A DNA stretch of 63,981 nt, filler included, from Lama guanicoe (taxonomy: Eukaryota), in NCBI GenBank assembly GCA_013239625.1. It is 103 parts of 103 records of this genome, joined end to end, with 100 filler letters (N's around TTAATTAATTAA, not from the genome) between each part and the next. Parts side by side here need not be neighbours in the genome. Positions count along the whole stretch, not along the records: positions 1 to 773 come from PNXV01027649.1; positions 874 to 1,229 come from PNXV01027651.1; positions 1,330 to 1,791 come from PNXV01027652.1; positions 1,892 to 2,391 come from PNXV01027653.1; positions 2,492 to 3,460 come from PNXV01027654.1; positions 3,561 to 4,000 come from PNXV01027655.1; positions 4,101 to 4,321 come from PNXV01027656.1; positions 4,422 to 5,281 come from PNXV01027662.1; 95 more parts are not named here. One strand, 5' to 3'. This document shows positions 1-12,836 of the stretch, one piece after another. Numbering within the stretch: the stretch's first letter is position 1; the number at the start of each line of letters is the position of its first letter. A program made the translations under genes and the position numbers. Below the pieces are notes generated by a model. That model did no database searches. It was not told where the DNA came from and saw only the letters and a program-made list of their open reading frames with translations.

Positions 1-225
1 ATGTCTGAAGTGAGTTTCAGAGAATGACTTCACAGGGAAACTTTTGAGGAGGTCAAGGAGGAACCTTTTAAAGAGAAGGGGCACAGAGGGGTGAGGAGGA
101 AGGGGCTGCTTGTTATTTACTTTTTTATAGTATATGTTCTAAGTTCAGAGACTTAAGTTTTTAAATTCAGTTTTGAAATGTATATGTAATTTTGTACATT
201 ATCAACTGTATTTACTATTTTACAG

Positions 226-332
226 GATAAATTCACACCATTTTTAGTCGCCATCAGGGAGAACAAAGAAGAGATGGTCAAATTTTTGATAGAAAGCGGG
301 GCAAATGTACATGCAGTCGACAAGCTGGAAAG
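226..332 (+). CDS. Internal coding exon of an ANKRD26/ANKRD30/POTE-family ankyrin-repeat gene (paralog unresolved)
   Basis: Acceptor tattttacag|GAT, donor AAG|gtacaa, 107 bp. Translates DKFTPFLVAIRENKEEMVKFLIESGANVHAVDKLE, matching the ankyrin consensus (TPL..A......V..L...GANV.A.D) and the ANKRD26 segment DDLTPLLLAV...MVEFLIKKKANVNAVDKLE as recalled. Confidence 0.85.
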
Positions 333-773
333 GTACAATAGTGTGTTCTCTCTCTCCCTCTCTTTTTTTGTTTAATCTTAATGTTGTTCTAGAGTAGTAA
401 CAGCCAATCAGAAAGATTAACTTAATAAGAAGAGGATTAACTTGGAATCAACACATCATCAGTTAGAAAAGCAGTTATTCTGCCTGGGTGTCACAAAGAA
501 GTATGCAGCAGGATTCATCTTCCTTTATAATAGTGACTGCTGTCATTTGCAACCTGATTTTTTTGGTCATATGATCTTATGATAGTTCAGGGATTACATT
601 TTAGTTTTATTAGTATGGACTCTAATTTTAATTTACCTTATGAGACAGTGTTGAATTTCTTCATTCTTTTGTAATTTTTTTAACCTCTATTTGGTGTATA
701 TTTTTTTCTTAAAAGATGCATATTAAACAGAGAGGAGTTTGTTTTGCCTTTTGGATGATTCTGCTTTAAATTA

Positions 774-873
774 NNNNNNNNNNNNNNNNNNNNNNNNNNN
801 NNNNNNNNNNNNNNNNNTTAATTAATTAANNNNNNNNNNNNNNNNNNNNNNNNNNNNNNNNNNNNNNNNNNNN
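774..873. other. Artificial contig-joining linker N44-TTAATTAATTAA-N44 (first of ~102 copies across the window)
   Basis: The same 100-bp unit separates every contig. TTAATTAATTAA is palindromic with TAA in all six frames, and it produces the X...LIN tails in the ORF track. Confidence 0.99.
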
Positions 874-3560
874 GCGGGGCAGCTCAGTGAGCCCAGGGGA
901 AGCGGGCACTTCCCCAAAGCTGCGTTGACAGGTCACAACCAACTCACTGGGGACAGAGGGGCACTGAGTCATTTTTAACTTTTTGTCCCTCTTCCTGGAA
1001 AAGGAACTGCTGCCTGTTAAATAGCCTGTGTCGAAAATGAGAATAAAAGACATGAAGCAAGATTGCCTCAAAAGTCATCCATTGTGTAGTTGTTAATAAG
1101 GGTCAAATGCAAACTTGAATAGATGAAATGAATCATTCATCAGAGGATTTTAAAACCCTTTGAAATAAAAATTCTTGCTCCCTTTGTTCTTCATTTCAGG
1201 GTTCACTTGGTGATAATAATAGTAACCAANNNNNNNNNNNNNNNNNNNNNNNNNNNNNNNNNNNNNNNNNNNNTTAATTAATTAANNNNNNNNNNNNNNN
1301 NNNNNNNNNNNNNNNNNNNNNNNNNNNNNATTTATTTGAGGAAATGAGTTAACTGATCCGCTTCAGGAAAGTTATGTTCCTCCTGCTCATCACTCCAGGT
1401 GAGTGATGACTTTCGAGATCCATTCTCGTCCGTATCCTTGGTTTCCATGAATGGCGAACCTATGCTCCCTCCTGGGCTAGGATGAGCTTTAGGAGAAGAG
1501 GAGGGACAAGGAAACCAGTCTCTGGATTATGGGACCCCATCTGGCCTAGTTTTAGGTCGGCTTCTCCTCAACTTCTGAGATACCCTGGAAAACAAGACAG
1601 AACAAATCTCGCTAAAACAAATACCGTCTAGTGCCAAGATTTTAATATATATAAACACCCTTTTCCAGTGAAAGAGTCAGACTTCCTTGGAGAAATGGTT
1701 GGCTGCAGGACTAGGCTAGGGAACTGATCAGGGCCGGCACGGAGGAGGTGAGAAACAAGACTTCCAACTGTTCTCCCCTGGGGAGCCCCCCNNNNNNNNN
1801 NNNNNNNNNNNNNNNNNNNNNNNNNNNNNNNNNNNTTAATTAATTAANNNNNNNNNNNNNNNNNNNNNNNNNNNNNNNNNNNNNNNNNNNNGGGGGTGCC
1901 ATCACCGCCCACACATGCACCTCCAGGGATGCCCTGATTTTTGCCTGGTACAGGACTGTCCCCCCACCACCGCCTCACTATCTCCCACTGCTCTGCTCCA
2001 GCCAGGATGGCCTCCTCCAGGTACCAAGGGCTGACAGCATGCAGGGCCAGCTCTAATGTGGCTCAGCTACACGGCCTGGGCAAACGCGTGACCACCATGA
2101 GACTTTCCTCAGCGAGGATGAAGGATAACGCCGCTGGGATGCGTGAGAAAGTCAATGTTAATTACTTGTCTGTGCTGTGAAGTCTGTCCATGCCTCTAGC
2201 ACAGTTCCCAGGGGAAACGTGAAAACAGTACATGAAAATTAAAAGCACCAGTTAACGCCTAATTCTTGGACTGTCTTTGAATCTAGCGCTCTATTGAGGG
2301 CTAAGCCGTCGATTCAAAGCATCAAAACTTACATCGCCAATTACAGCCAGGGCTGCTAACGCCGCAAGGGAACCCAACATAGCTGCCAGGGNNNNNNNNN
2401 NNNNNNNNNNNNNNNNNNNNNNNNNNNNNNNNNNNTTAATTAATTAANNNNNNNNNNNNNNNNNNNNNNNNNNNNNNNNNNNNNNNNNNNNCATTAAAGA
2501 GAAGAGTATGGGTGAGAAGAGGAAAGAAAGCTACGCCTCCGTTGATGCATACGCACACAACACATGCTCCTGACGCCTGCCACAACCTGCAGAAACGCTG
2601 CTGACGGGTTCCAAATGAGCAAGAGAGAGGAAGTCAAGAATTAACAAGCAGCCAGGAGACTCTATGGTGAATCATTATTCAAAGAGCAAATGTACTTGGC
2701 TATTAAAATAAATGACAAGATGTTTCAAAGAAGGGGAACTGTAGGTCAATTTCCTCATCTGAATGTTTTCAAACACCTACTATGAGCTGCTACAGTGGTA
2801 AGTGTCTTGGATAATCTAGAGATGAAACATACTGTTTTGCTTTCAAGATAATAACATGGAACAGAATGGAGTAATCCTGTAGGGTGATTTCAGCGAAGTG
2901 CTATGATGAGCACAAAAGGATGGAGAGACTGATTCAGATTCATATCAATTAGTTCCAATAAGACAAGACTGGTTTGTGTGACAACTTTACTATAATACTG
3001 CACGTTACTTGAAAAGAGTCAAACGTCGGCCATTAGGAAGTCTTCTTTGGTATTGTGCCATTTCTAGAGTTGTATTTCACTGTTACAGGACACAACTTAA
3101 TACAAAAGCATGCATAAACCACAAGTTATGGATTTCATAAAGAAAGGATTACATATTAATTTCTGGTTAAACTCTTGCTTGAACAGATTTTGCAAGTTAC
3201 AAATATCCTATTTTTATACGATGGAAAATTATTTGTTCCTTATGTTAGGATAGAATATAACTCTCAATTTAACATTCCTTCAAGATCTCACTTAAGCAAA
3301 AACGGGTCACAGTTTAATCTGCAGCAAATTGCCTCACGCAGGACCCACCTGATCTGTCATTACATTCCTGATGATACGGGCTTTTGTGGTCAGGAAGGTA
3401 TGTGAACCAATGTCTAAAATGAAACCTGGATTTCTTGTCTGGACATAAAGAGTGGCTCAANNNNNNNNNNNNNNNNNNNNNNNNNNNNNNNNNNNNNNNN
3501 NNNNTTAATTAATTAANNNNNNNNNNNNNNNNNNNNNNNNNNNNNNNNNNNNNNNNNNNN

Positions 3561-4000
3561 TGGATCTGCACACTTCTGGACCTGCTCACTCCTGTGCCAT
3601 CACCCTTCTAGGACTGCACACTTGTGAGCCTGCACACTCCAGTGCCTGACACACCTGGGCCAGCACGCTCCTCGGCCTGCACACTCCTCTTGTCTGCACA
3701 CTCCTCTTGTCTGCACACTCCTGGGCCTGTTCCGTCTTGTGTCTTCACACTTCTCGGCCTGCGCACTCCAGGGCCTGAACACACCTGGGCCTGCACCAAC
3801 CTGGGCCTATTCACTCCTGGGCCTGCCCTCTCCTTGGCCGGCACGAACCTGGGACTAAACACGCCTGGTCCTGCCCTGGCCTGGGCCTGCACACAAATGG
3901 GGCTGCACACACCTAGGAATGCAGCCTCCTGGGCCTACACACTCCTCTGTGTGCACACTCCTGGGCCTGCACACTCCTGGGAATGCACACTCCTCTGTCT
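3561..4000. repeat. GC-rich minisatellite, degenerate ~16-bp unit CTGCACACTCCTGGGC
   Basis: Variants of ctgcacactcctgggc and ctgcacactcctctgt fill the whole contig. The ORFs here (repeated HTPGP) are repeat by-products. Confidence 0.9.
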
Positions 4001-4100
4001 NNNNNNNNNNNNNNNNNNNNNNNNNNNNNNNNNNNNNNNNNNNNTTAATTAATTAANNNNNNNNNNNNNNNNNNNNNNNNNNNNNNNNNNNNNNNNNNNN

Positions 4101-4321
4101 AATCGCCCCAGAAGTATTTTTCTGTGAAAAATGAACGAGTTTGAAACTGGTGTTAGGAAAATATTGTGAAAATGGGTACACGTGTCCAGATGAAAATATT
4201 GTTTTTATAGAGGATAAAAGATAAGTAATCCACATGCTCTCAACTCAAGAATGCATGTTTGTCGAATCTGTAATGCATGTAGTATGTAATGAACACTGAA
4301 TATCATTTAGATGGAATCTAT
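4101..4321. repeat. Satellite family D monomer fragment (diverged relative of family B)
   Basis: Gapless match to 50168-50388, about 16 mismatches in 221 nt by manual count. Confidence 0.85.
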
Positions 4322-4787
4322 NNNNNNNNNNNNNNNNNNNNNNNNNNNNNNNNNNNNNNNNNNNNTTAATTAATTAANNNNNNNNNNNNNNNNNNNNNNN
4401 NNNNNNNNNNNNNNNNNNNNNGGGAATCCAATAGGCTAGAAAAAATTGAAAACATAATTGAAATCTGAAACAAAAGGACTTTTCTCTAGGATAAAGCTAA
4501 AAAAACAAATCACATTGTTACTAGGAATCAAAACTTTTAAAAGCATACATTATACACTTATGAAGTAATTTGACGTATGCCCCAAATGTTTCAGATTCAG
4601 TGGTTCTTTATATTTTTTTTTTGCATTTTAACTTACATTATTCTTTGTATTTTGTATGTTTAATCACAAAATTGTTATAATATTTTGACAATTTTAAGAA
4701 AGTAAATACTTTTTATAAGCATTTTACCCAATATTTAATCATAACCTATTATATTTTATGTGCAATAGAAAATAATTTATGCACAAA

Positions 4788-5281
4788 TGAATGCATCCAT
4801 TGTCCTCCTTCACTGAGCAAATATGTGTTGGTCACCTGTGTGTTGGACATTATACCAGGCACTTGGAAATATGAGTGAATAAAACAGATCCATATTTCTG
4901 CTCTAATAGGGGTTACATTCTAGTGGATACATAGAGAAATAATAACTAAACATAAATAAAAAACATTATTTTGTGTTAATAAATGGTAAGTGAATAAAAA
5001 TAGAAAACAGCAAAGCAGCAGGAGAAGAGCAAATGCTGAGTGACTGGGTATACCAGTTTTATACAAGGTAGTCAAGAGAGATATGGGGAAAGTGATATTT
5101 GAACTTTGAAGGTATAAGGCATTTAGTGATGGCAGATGTTGGGGAAGAAGGTTCTGGACAAAAGAAAGAGCTAGTGCAACATCCCTAACATCGGAGTGTG
5201 TCTCGGGTGGGAGTCCTATGGGATGACATCACAAAAATACATGAGTCAGGTCCTCGGCACGCATCTGAAGGACTTTAATTT
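4788..5281 (-). mobile_element. LINE-2 (L2) 3' region, degenerate
   Basis: caaatatgtgttggtcacctgtgtg...ccaggcacttggaaatatgagtgaataaaacaga...ggttacattctagtgg resembles the antisense L2 3' end consensus. Confidence 0.7.
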
Positions 5282-5469
5282 NNNNNNNNNNNNNNNNNNN
5301 NNNNNNNNNNNNNNNNNNNNNNNNNTTAATTAATTAANNNNNNNNNNNNNNNNNNNNNNNNNNNNNNNNNNNNNNNNNNNNTTAGAGTTCCCCAAATTAC
5401 TTGATTCCTCTGCTATAAATGGGCCTACCCGAAAATATATTCAGCTTTTCTGAGTTTGTATATGCATTT

Positions 5470-5608
5470 ATGCCCTGTCTTTTCAATTAGATTATAAACT
5501 TTATCAGAGTAGGGACAGATTTTCCATCTGTTAATATCTTCACTGTCTATATGTGGTAGAACCCTACACCGATATTGAGAAGATACTGAATAATTACTTG
5601 TTAATGAT
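5470..5608 (+). mobile_element. L2 3' terminus, degenerate
   Basis: ttagattataaactttatcagagtagggac...aataattacttgttaatga resembles the L2 3' end (CTAGACTGTAAGCTCCATGAGGGCAGGGAC...AATAAATATTTGTTGAATGA). Confidence 0.6.
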
Positions 5609-6330
5609 AAATACTAGGAAGTGAAAATAAAAATAACAGAGACATGTTTATCTTCTCATTTGTTAATTGTATTTACATTTTCTGAAGGTGTGGCTCTGCA
5701 TCTAAGTGTGTATTTAATTTTTCTAATGTGAGGTTTTGTAAACCTATATAAAAATTTCCCTAAATTACTTAAACACTTTCTTTCCCTTTTACCTGACTTT
5801 AATATCAGTATCTTATGTACACCCTAGATGTTTCTTGCATTAGCTCCTGCATCCTTCCTTTCAACCCATACAGTACGTTATCATTCACTGTACTTCTTTA
5901 ACTTTGCTTCTTATCTGTTCAAATTGCTTCAGTGATCCCAACCCAGCATTCAGTGTTTGTCTTGAACTGTAGTGCTCAAGCTTTATACTCTTAGATTTCT
6001 GGAAAAAGAGGAAATTTAGTTTGCCTGATTGTTACATAGCTAATGAAGGTATCTAAAAATTTAGTGCCATGCATATATGAAAGTAAACACAGAAAGAAGA
6101 ATTCAGAATTGAGAGAACAGGAACAAGCCCCCCTGACAGATGTGTGTGAGAATCAGAATATCTATGACCTATTCTACTACAAGGGATGAGTTAAAGCTCT
6201 GCAACCTGAGAACGCGGGTATGGCCAAAATNNNNNNNNNNNNNNNNNNNNNNNNNNNNNNNNNNNNNNNNNNNNTTAATTAATTAANNNNNNNNNNNNNN
6301 NNNNNNNNNNNNNNNNNNNNNNNNNNNNNN

Positions 6331-6887
6331 GTAGAACTCAGAATATAGAATATAGTATATGGAATGTAGAATATAGAATGTAGAAAATAGAATGTAGAAC
6401 ACAAAACATAGAATATGGAAAACAGAAACAGAACGCAAAATTTAGAACATGGAATACAGATCACAGAATTTAGAGTATATACTACAGTATCCTGAATATA
6501 AAATTTAGAATATATAATGTAGAACACAGAATATGGAATGTAGAATACGGAATGCAGAATATTGTATACAGAATATTGAATGAAGAACACAGAATATAGA
6601 ATATGGAAAACAGAATACAGAACCCAAAATTTAGAACATGGAATACAGATCACAGAATTTAGAATACAGAATATAGAATGTAGAACACAGAATATAGAAT
6701 ATAGAATAATGAGCACAAAATATAGAATAGAGAATATAGAACTCAGAATTTAGAACATGGAATGCAGAACAAAGAATTTAGAATATTCAATACCGAATAC
6801 TGAATATAGAATATGAATATGCAATGTAGAATACAGACTTTAGCATATAGAATACAGAATACTGAATATATTATTTAGAATATACAA
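6331..6887 (+). repeat. Satellite family C (AGAATAT heptamer-derived)
   Basis: Head-to-tail heptamers AGAATAT/AGAATTT/AGAACAC/GGAATGC over the whole contig. Confidence 0.95.
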
Positions 6888-6987
6888 NNNNNNNNNNNNN
6901 NNNNNNNNNNNNNNNNNNNNNNNNNNNNNNNTTAATTAATTAANNNNNNNNNNNNNNNNNNNNNNNNNNNNNNNNNNNNNNNNNNNN

Positions 6988-7635
6988 ACCATCATTAAGA
7001 CGTTAAGTCACATAACACATAAAAAGTGCACTTATTAAAAATGTACACTTTAACGATTTTAATTCAGCTACAGAATTTTTCAACCATAGTTACACTCTAT
7101 TTTAGGACATTTTTGGCACCCCACGAGGAAACCCTGTCCTCACTTACAGACACTCTGCAATCCCACTAAGCTCTCCAACTCCAGACAACCACTATCTGCT
7201 TTCTGTCTCTATACTTTGTCTGTTTTGGATATTTTATGTGATTGGAAACATATTACGTGCCTGTCTTTTGTGAGTGTCTTTTTTTTCTTAACAGAATGTT
7301 TTTAAAATTCATCCATGTTATAGTGCTCAATTCTTCTCATGGCTGAATAAAATACCATTGTATAGATAGACACCATTTTATTTATCCATGACCATTTGGG
7401 TCTCTTCCCCCATTTAGCTGTTATGAATAACTTTGCAGCAAAAAGTCATGTACAAGTTTTTGTGGGGATATATGGTTTTGATTCTCTTGCTTATGTATTT
7501 AAAAGTTGAACTGATGGCTTAAATGGTTAGTGTGTGTTTAACTGTTTAAGAGGCTACCAAACATTGTTTTCCAAAATGGTTTACCATTATATATTCCCAT
7601 CAAAAATGTTTGAGGGTTCTAATTTCTCCACATTT
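6988..7635 (-). mobile_element. Old L1 (L1MB/L1MC-like) ORF2 end and 3' UTR
   Basis: Antisense L1 motifs caaccactatctgctttctgtctctata, aattcatccatgtt, atggctgaataa..ccattgtat, gtacaagtttttgtg, gagggttctaatttctccacat. Confidence 0.85.
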
Positions 7636-8393
7636 NNNNNNNNNNNNNNNNNNNNNNNNNNNNNNNNNNNNNNNNNNNNTTAATTAATTAANNNNNNNNN
7701 NNNNNNNNNNNNNNNNNNNNNNNNNNNNNNNNNNNGGAGGATTCTACCCTAGCAAAGGCTAGTGAACTCACTGAGAAATCACATCCCTTCTATCTCATGA
7801 GGTATCATGAAATCTTGATAAATTGTTTAGCCTCCGGTGTATCTGCTGTTCTTTTCTTCTATGCAAGAGTCCCTTCTTGGGAGATCTTAACACTGCTTCT
7901 CAACTCATCCTTAGAAACCCATCAATAAGGACATCAAGGGCTCTAATCATTTCACGTCTTAAAAATAATCTCCAAATACCTCTTTGTAACATCCTTTCAT
8001 CTCCTAATGATTTCAAGAAAGCATGTGCCTTCCACATTTCTACTTTATGATAAAGAATTAAAAAGAGAGATTTTCTAGATACATTTGCCATTATGTAGCC
8101 TGGGATTTAGCAACCATGTCTTACTTAAACAAGTTGTGCAACGCCTGCCAGTAATCTGCGCTTTATCTTATCACGAGTACACCTTGCCCGGATCCCGCAC
8201 TCTCCACCTTTATTGTGCTTCTGTCGGACAGGTGACCCTTCCCTTGTGAGCCTCTTGGGTTGTTCTAGCAGAACTTGAGAAAGCATAAATTTGNNNNNNN
8301 NNNNNNNNNNNNNNNNNNNNNNNNNNNNNNNNNNNNNTTAATTAATTAANNNNNNNNNNNNNNNNNNNNNNNNNNNNNNNNNNNNNNNNNNNN

Positions 8394-8702
8394 TAGGATT
8401 TAGAATATAGAAAGTAGAACACAGAATATAGAATATATATTAGGGAATGCAGAATATAGGATACACAATATAGAATGATGAACACAAAATATAGAATATA
8501 GAATAGAGAATATAGAGCACAGAATTAAGAACATGGAAAGTAGAACACAGAATACAGTATATAGAATATAGAATATGGAACCCAAAATATAGAACATGGA
8601 ATGAAGAACACAGAAATTAGGATATATATTACAGAATACATAATATCGAATTAAGAATATAGAATGTAAAACACAGAATATGTAATGTAGAATACGGAAT
8701 GC
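8394..8702 (+). repeat. Satellite family C
   Basis: AGAATAT-type heptamer array. Confidence 0.95.
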
Positions 8703-8802
8703 NNNNNNNNNNNNNNNNNNNNNNNNNNNNNNNNNNNNNNNNNNNNTTAATTAATTAANNNNNNNNNNNNNNNNNNNNNNNNNNNNNNNNNNNNNNNNNN
8801 NN

Positions 8803-9477
8803 TCTAAATTCTGTATTCAGTATTATTTAATCTATATTCTAAATTCTGTGTCCTGCATAGCATGTTCATTATTCTGGATTCTTTATTCTGTATTCTACAT
8901 TCTATATTCTGTATTCTACATTTTATATTCTAAATTCTATATTCATTATTCTGTATTCAATATTCTAAATTCTGTGTTCTGCATTCCATGTTCTAAATTC
9001 TGGTTTCTATATTCTCTATTCTATTTTCTGAGTTGCATATTCTATATTCTAAATTCTATATTCAGTATTCTGAATTCTATATTCTAAATTTTGTGTTCTA
9101 CATCCGTGTTATAAATTCTGTGTTCTCTATTCTCTATTCTATATTCTATACATTGTGCTCTTCATTCCATATTCTACATACCATATTCTGCATTCCGTAT
9201 TCTATATTCTATATTCTGTGTTCTACATTCTATATTCTAAAAACTATATTCAGTCTTCTGTATTGTATATTCTAAATTCTTTGTTCTGCACTCCATTTCT
9301 TAATTCTGGGTTCTATATTCTCTATTCATTTCTATATTTTTTGTTTACATTCTATATTGTACGGAATATATTCTGCATTCCGTATTTTATAATCTATATT
9401 ATGTTTTCAACATTCTATATTGTATATTTTTATTCAGTATTCTGAATTCTATATTCTAAATTCTGTGTTCTGCATTC
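8803..9477 (-). repeat. Satellite family C (reverse orientation)
   Basis: ATATTCT/AAATTCT/GCATTCC heptamer array. Confidence 0.95.
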
Positions 9478-10443
9478 NNNNNNNNNNNNNNNNNNNNNNN
9501 NNNNNNNNNNNNNNNNNNNNNTTAATTAATTAANNNNNNNNNNNNNNNNNNNNNNNNNNNNNNNNNNNNNNNNNNNNTATCTTTAAATAGACTCTTAAGC
9601 AGAAACTTAACATGTAACTCTTACAACGTGGGTAGGGCAGAGGATACAATTCTCAGTGGCCCACAGTTACCCAGTCCACCCCTCAGCATTCTCTGGGGCC
9701 TCAGAGCCTTCCTCAGTTCAGTTTGAAGATCCCTGAAAATAAAAGCTAGAAGTGCCTCGGTTACTACTAACATTAAATATGGCCCAAATAACTTTACAAG
9801 GGGAGTAATATTTCTCCCTTACAAATAACCTGGAACATTGCTGGAATTGGTTCAACACCTTCATCAGCAATGCAAGGTTTTTGTTTAATTTTTGCAACTG
9901 TAGTATATTGGGATCTTTTTCTTGCCTAACCACCAAAATATAGCTGCTGATTTTCTGACTGTAATGACTGTCCTGGGGACAAGAAAAGGGGAAAGTGGCA
10001 ATGCCATACAGAAGTCTTTTTTTCTCTCCACCACAACAATAACAAATCAAAAGTGTGTCCAGAACCTCCTGTCAATCCTTCCTTATATCTCGTTGGCTGT
10101 AACTGTCATACGGCCATCCATAGCTACCAAGGCATTTGGGAAAATAAGTTTTCTCACCTAGTACTGTGCATTTGTAGCCCTGGACAAAAGCAGGATTGTG
10201 TTTGCAAGAAGGCAGGGGTGTTGGTTAATCAGCTAATCCTGCCGCCGCTGCCCACTCCACCCCTCATCTAGCCACAAATCTTCATTCTCTAACAGGGAAC
10301 ATTTATGTTCTTTGGCTTGGTTAACATCACCAGTAAATTGATGNNNNNNNNNNNNNNNNNNNNNNNNNNNNNNNNNNNNNNNNNNNNTTAATTAATTAAN
10401 NNNNNNNNNNNNNNNNNNNNNNNNNNNNNNNNNNNNNNNNNNN

Positions 10444-10918
10444 GTAGAACAAAGAATATAGGATATTCCAGAATATAGAATATAGAATATAGTATGTAGA
10501 ACACGGTATTTAGAATACAGTATACGGAATGCAGAAAGGAGAATTTAGAAAATGGAATGCAGAACACAGGTATTAGAATATAGAATACAGAATACAGAAT
10601 ATAGAATGTAGAATACAGAATGTAGAACAAAGAATATAGGATATTCCAGAATATAGAATATAGAATATAGTATGTAGAACACGGTATTTAGAATACAGTA
10701 TACGGAATGCAGAAAGGAGAATTTAGAAAATGGAATGCAGAACACAGGTATTAGAATATAGAATACAGAATATAGCATGTAGAACACAGAATATACAATA
10801 TAGAATACAGAACCCAGAATTTAGAAAGTGGAATGCAAAACACAGAGTATAGAATAGAAAATACAGAACACAGAATCTAGAATTTAGGCATGGAACGCAG
10901 AACACAGAATATAGGATA
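10444..10918 (+). repeat. Satellite family C with a 178-bp near-perfect higher-order duplication
   Basis: gtagaacaaagaatataggatattcc at 10444 and 10622; agaacacaggtattag at 10561 and 10739. Confidence 0.95.
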
Positions 10919-11578
10919 NNNNNNNNNNNNNNNNNNNNNNNNNNNNNNNNNNNNNNNNNNNNTTAATTAATTAANNNNNNNNNNNNNNNNNNNNNNNNNN
11001 NNNNNNNNNNNNNNNNNNACATACATATACATTTTTCTTATTGTCAGAAAAACTACTAAATTTCTCTCTTTTCAATATTTGAGACGTATCTGTGAAAAGA
11101 TTTTCAGATTTGATTATTGCTTAGTTTTTGAACAAACAAGACTTCTACTGTGAGAAGTGAACATCTCTCTATTATGTAATCGAAAACCCTCGTGCTATCA
11201 TTTGTGTCAACGAGAGTCCAACACTGACTCTGATTCCAGGAAGATACATTACAGATATAAGGCAGAAAATTCTCATGAATCTACCGAATCACGCTTTGAG
11301 AACCTAGAAGTTGGCTGAGACCACTGCAAATTGGAATCCATTTCTATTTAACCTGAAAGTTTTTCCTGTTTTTGTGTGTGTGTGTGTTTTAATTAAAAAT
11401 AATAAATTCCCTCTTACAGAGGAAAAAAGAACTATATTTTGTAAAGGAAGTTTATTCAGTGATGCATCTAAATGATTCNNNNNNNNNNNNNNNNNNNNNN
11501 NNNNNNNNNNNNNNNNNNNNNNTTAATTAATTAANNNNNNNNNNNNNNNNNNNNNNNNNNNNNNNNNNNNNNNNNNNN

Positions 11579-12301
11579 ACAGAATAGAGAATAGAGAAGC
11601 CAGAATTTAGAACATGGAATGCAGAACTCAAAATTTAGAATATTGAATGCAGAATACTGAATATAGAATTTCGAATAAAGTATGCAGAACACAGAATTTA
11701 GAATATAGAAGACAGAATGCAGAATATAGAATTTAGAATATAGAATATAGGACACAGAATATAGAATATAGTATACGAAATGCAAAATACTGTATGTAGA
11801 ATATAGAATAAAAAACACACAGTATAGAATAGAGAATAGACAATAGAGAATCCAGAACTTAGAAGATGGAATGCAGAACACAGAATTTAGAATATAGAAA
11901 ACAGAGTACTGAAAATAGAATTTAGAATATTGAATGTAGAACACAGTATATAGTATAAAGAATACGGAATGCAGAATATAGGATGTAGAATACAGAATGA
12001 AGAACTCTGAAATACAATATAGAATATAGAATATAGAATATAGAACCCAAAATTTACAAAATGGTATGCAGAACACAGAATTTAGAATATAGAATACAGA
12101 ATACTAAATATAGAATTTAGAATATAGAATGCAGAACACAGTGTTTAGAATATAGAATACAGAATACTGAATATAGAATGTAGAATATAGAATGAAGAAC
12201 ACAAATTATACAATATATAAAAGAGAATAAAGTATCCAGTAATTAGAAATGGAATGCTGAACACTGAATTTTGAATATAGAATATAGATTTCTGAAAATA
12301 G
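11579..12301 (+). repeat. Satellite family C
   Basis: AGAATAT-type heptamer array with the landmark AGAATTTAGAACATGGAATGCAGAAC. Confidence 0.95.
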
Positions 12302-12401
12302 NNNNNNNNNNNNNNNNNNNNNNNNNNNNNNNNNNNNNNNNNNNNTTAATTAATTAANNNNNNNNNNNNNNNNNNNNNNNNNNNNNNNNNNNNNNNNNNN
12401 N

Positions 12402-12836
12402 GTCACATGTGTTCCCTGTAAGGGGAATTCCGAGAAATACCTTCCCTGAATTTGGGGAGGTAGCCTTTTTCAATGGGATTTCCTACCAACCCCCCAAGCT
12501 TTCCCTGGCACTGACACATTAGGAAAACCCTCAGGGGAGACAAGCGTAGCCATTCCGTTAGAACCCACGCGCTGCCGACCGTTGGTGGAACCTCCCCACG
12601 CTCAGGATTCCGGAACCATTGTCAGTGCGTGGGGGAGCTCGAGAGACAACTCCACGCAGCTCTCTTCAGTCACAGGTGTTCCCTCTACGGGGAAGTCCGA
12701 GAAAAACCTTCCCTGACCTTGGGTAGGCAGCCTCTGTCACTGGGATTTCCTGCCAACCACCCTAGATTTCCCTGGCACTGACACATAAGGAAAACCCTCA
12801 GGGAGACGAGCCTAGGCATTCCGTTAGAACCCACGC
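12402..12836 (+). repeat. Satellite family A (~267-bp GC-rich monomer)
   Basis: About 1.6 monomers. Contains gagagacaactccacgcagctctcttcagtcacaggtgttccct, shared with 8 other contigs. Confidence 0.95.

Noticed and set aside
3313..3397. Possible exon ending at AAG|gtatgt
   Set aside because: Weak acceptor and no recognisable peptide. Such donors occur often by chance.
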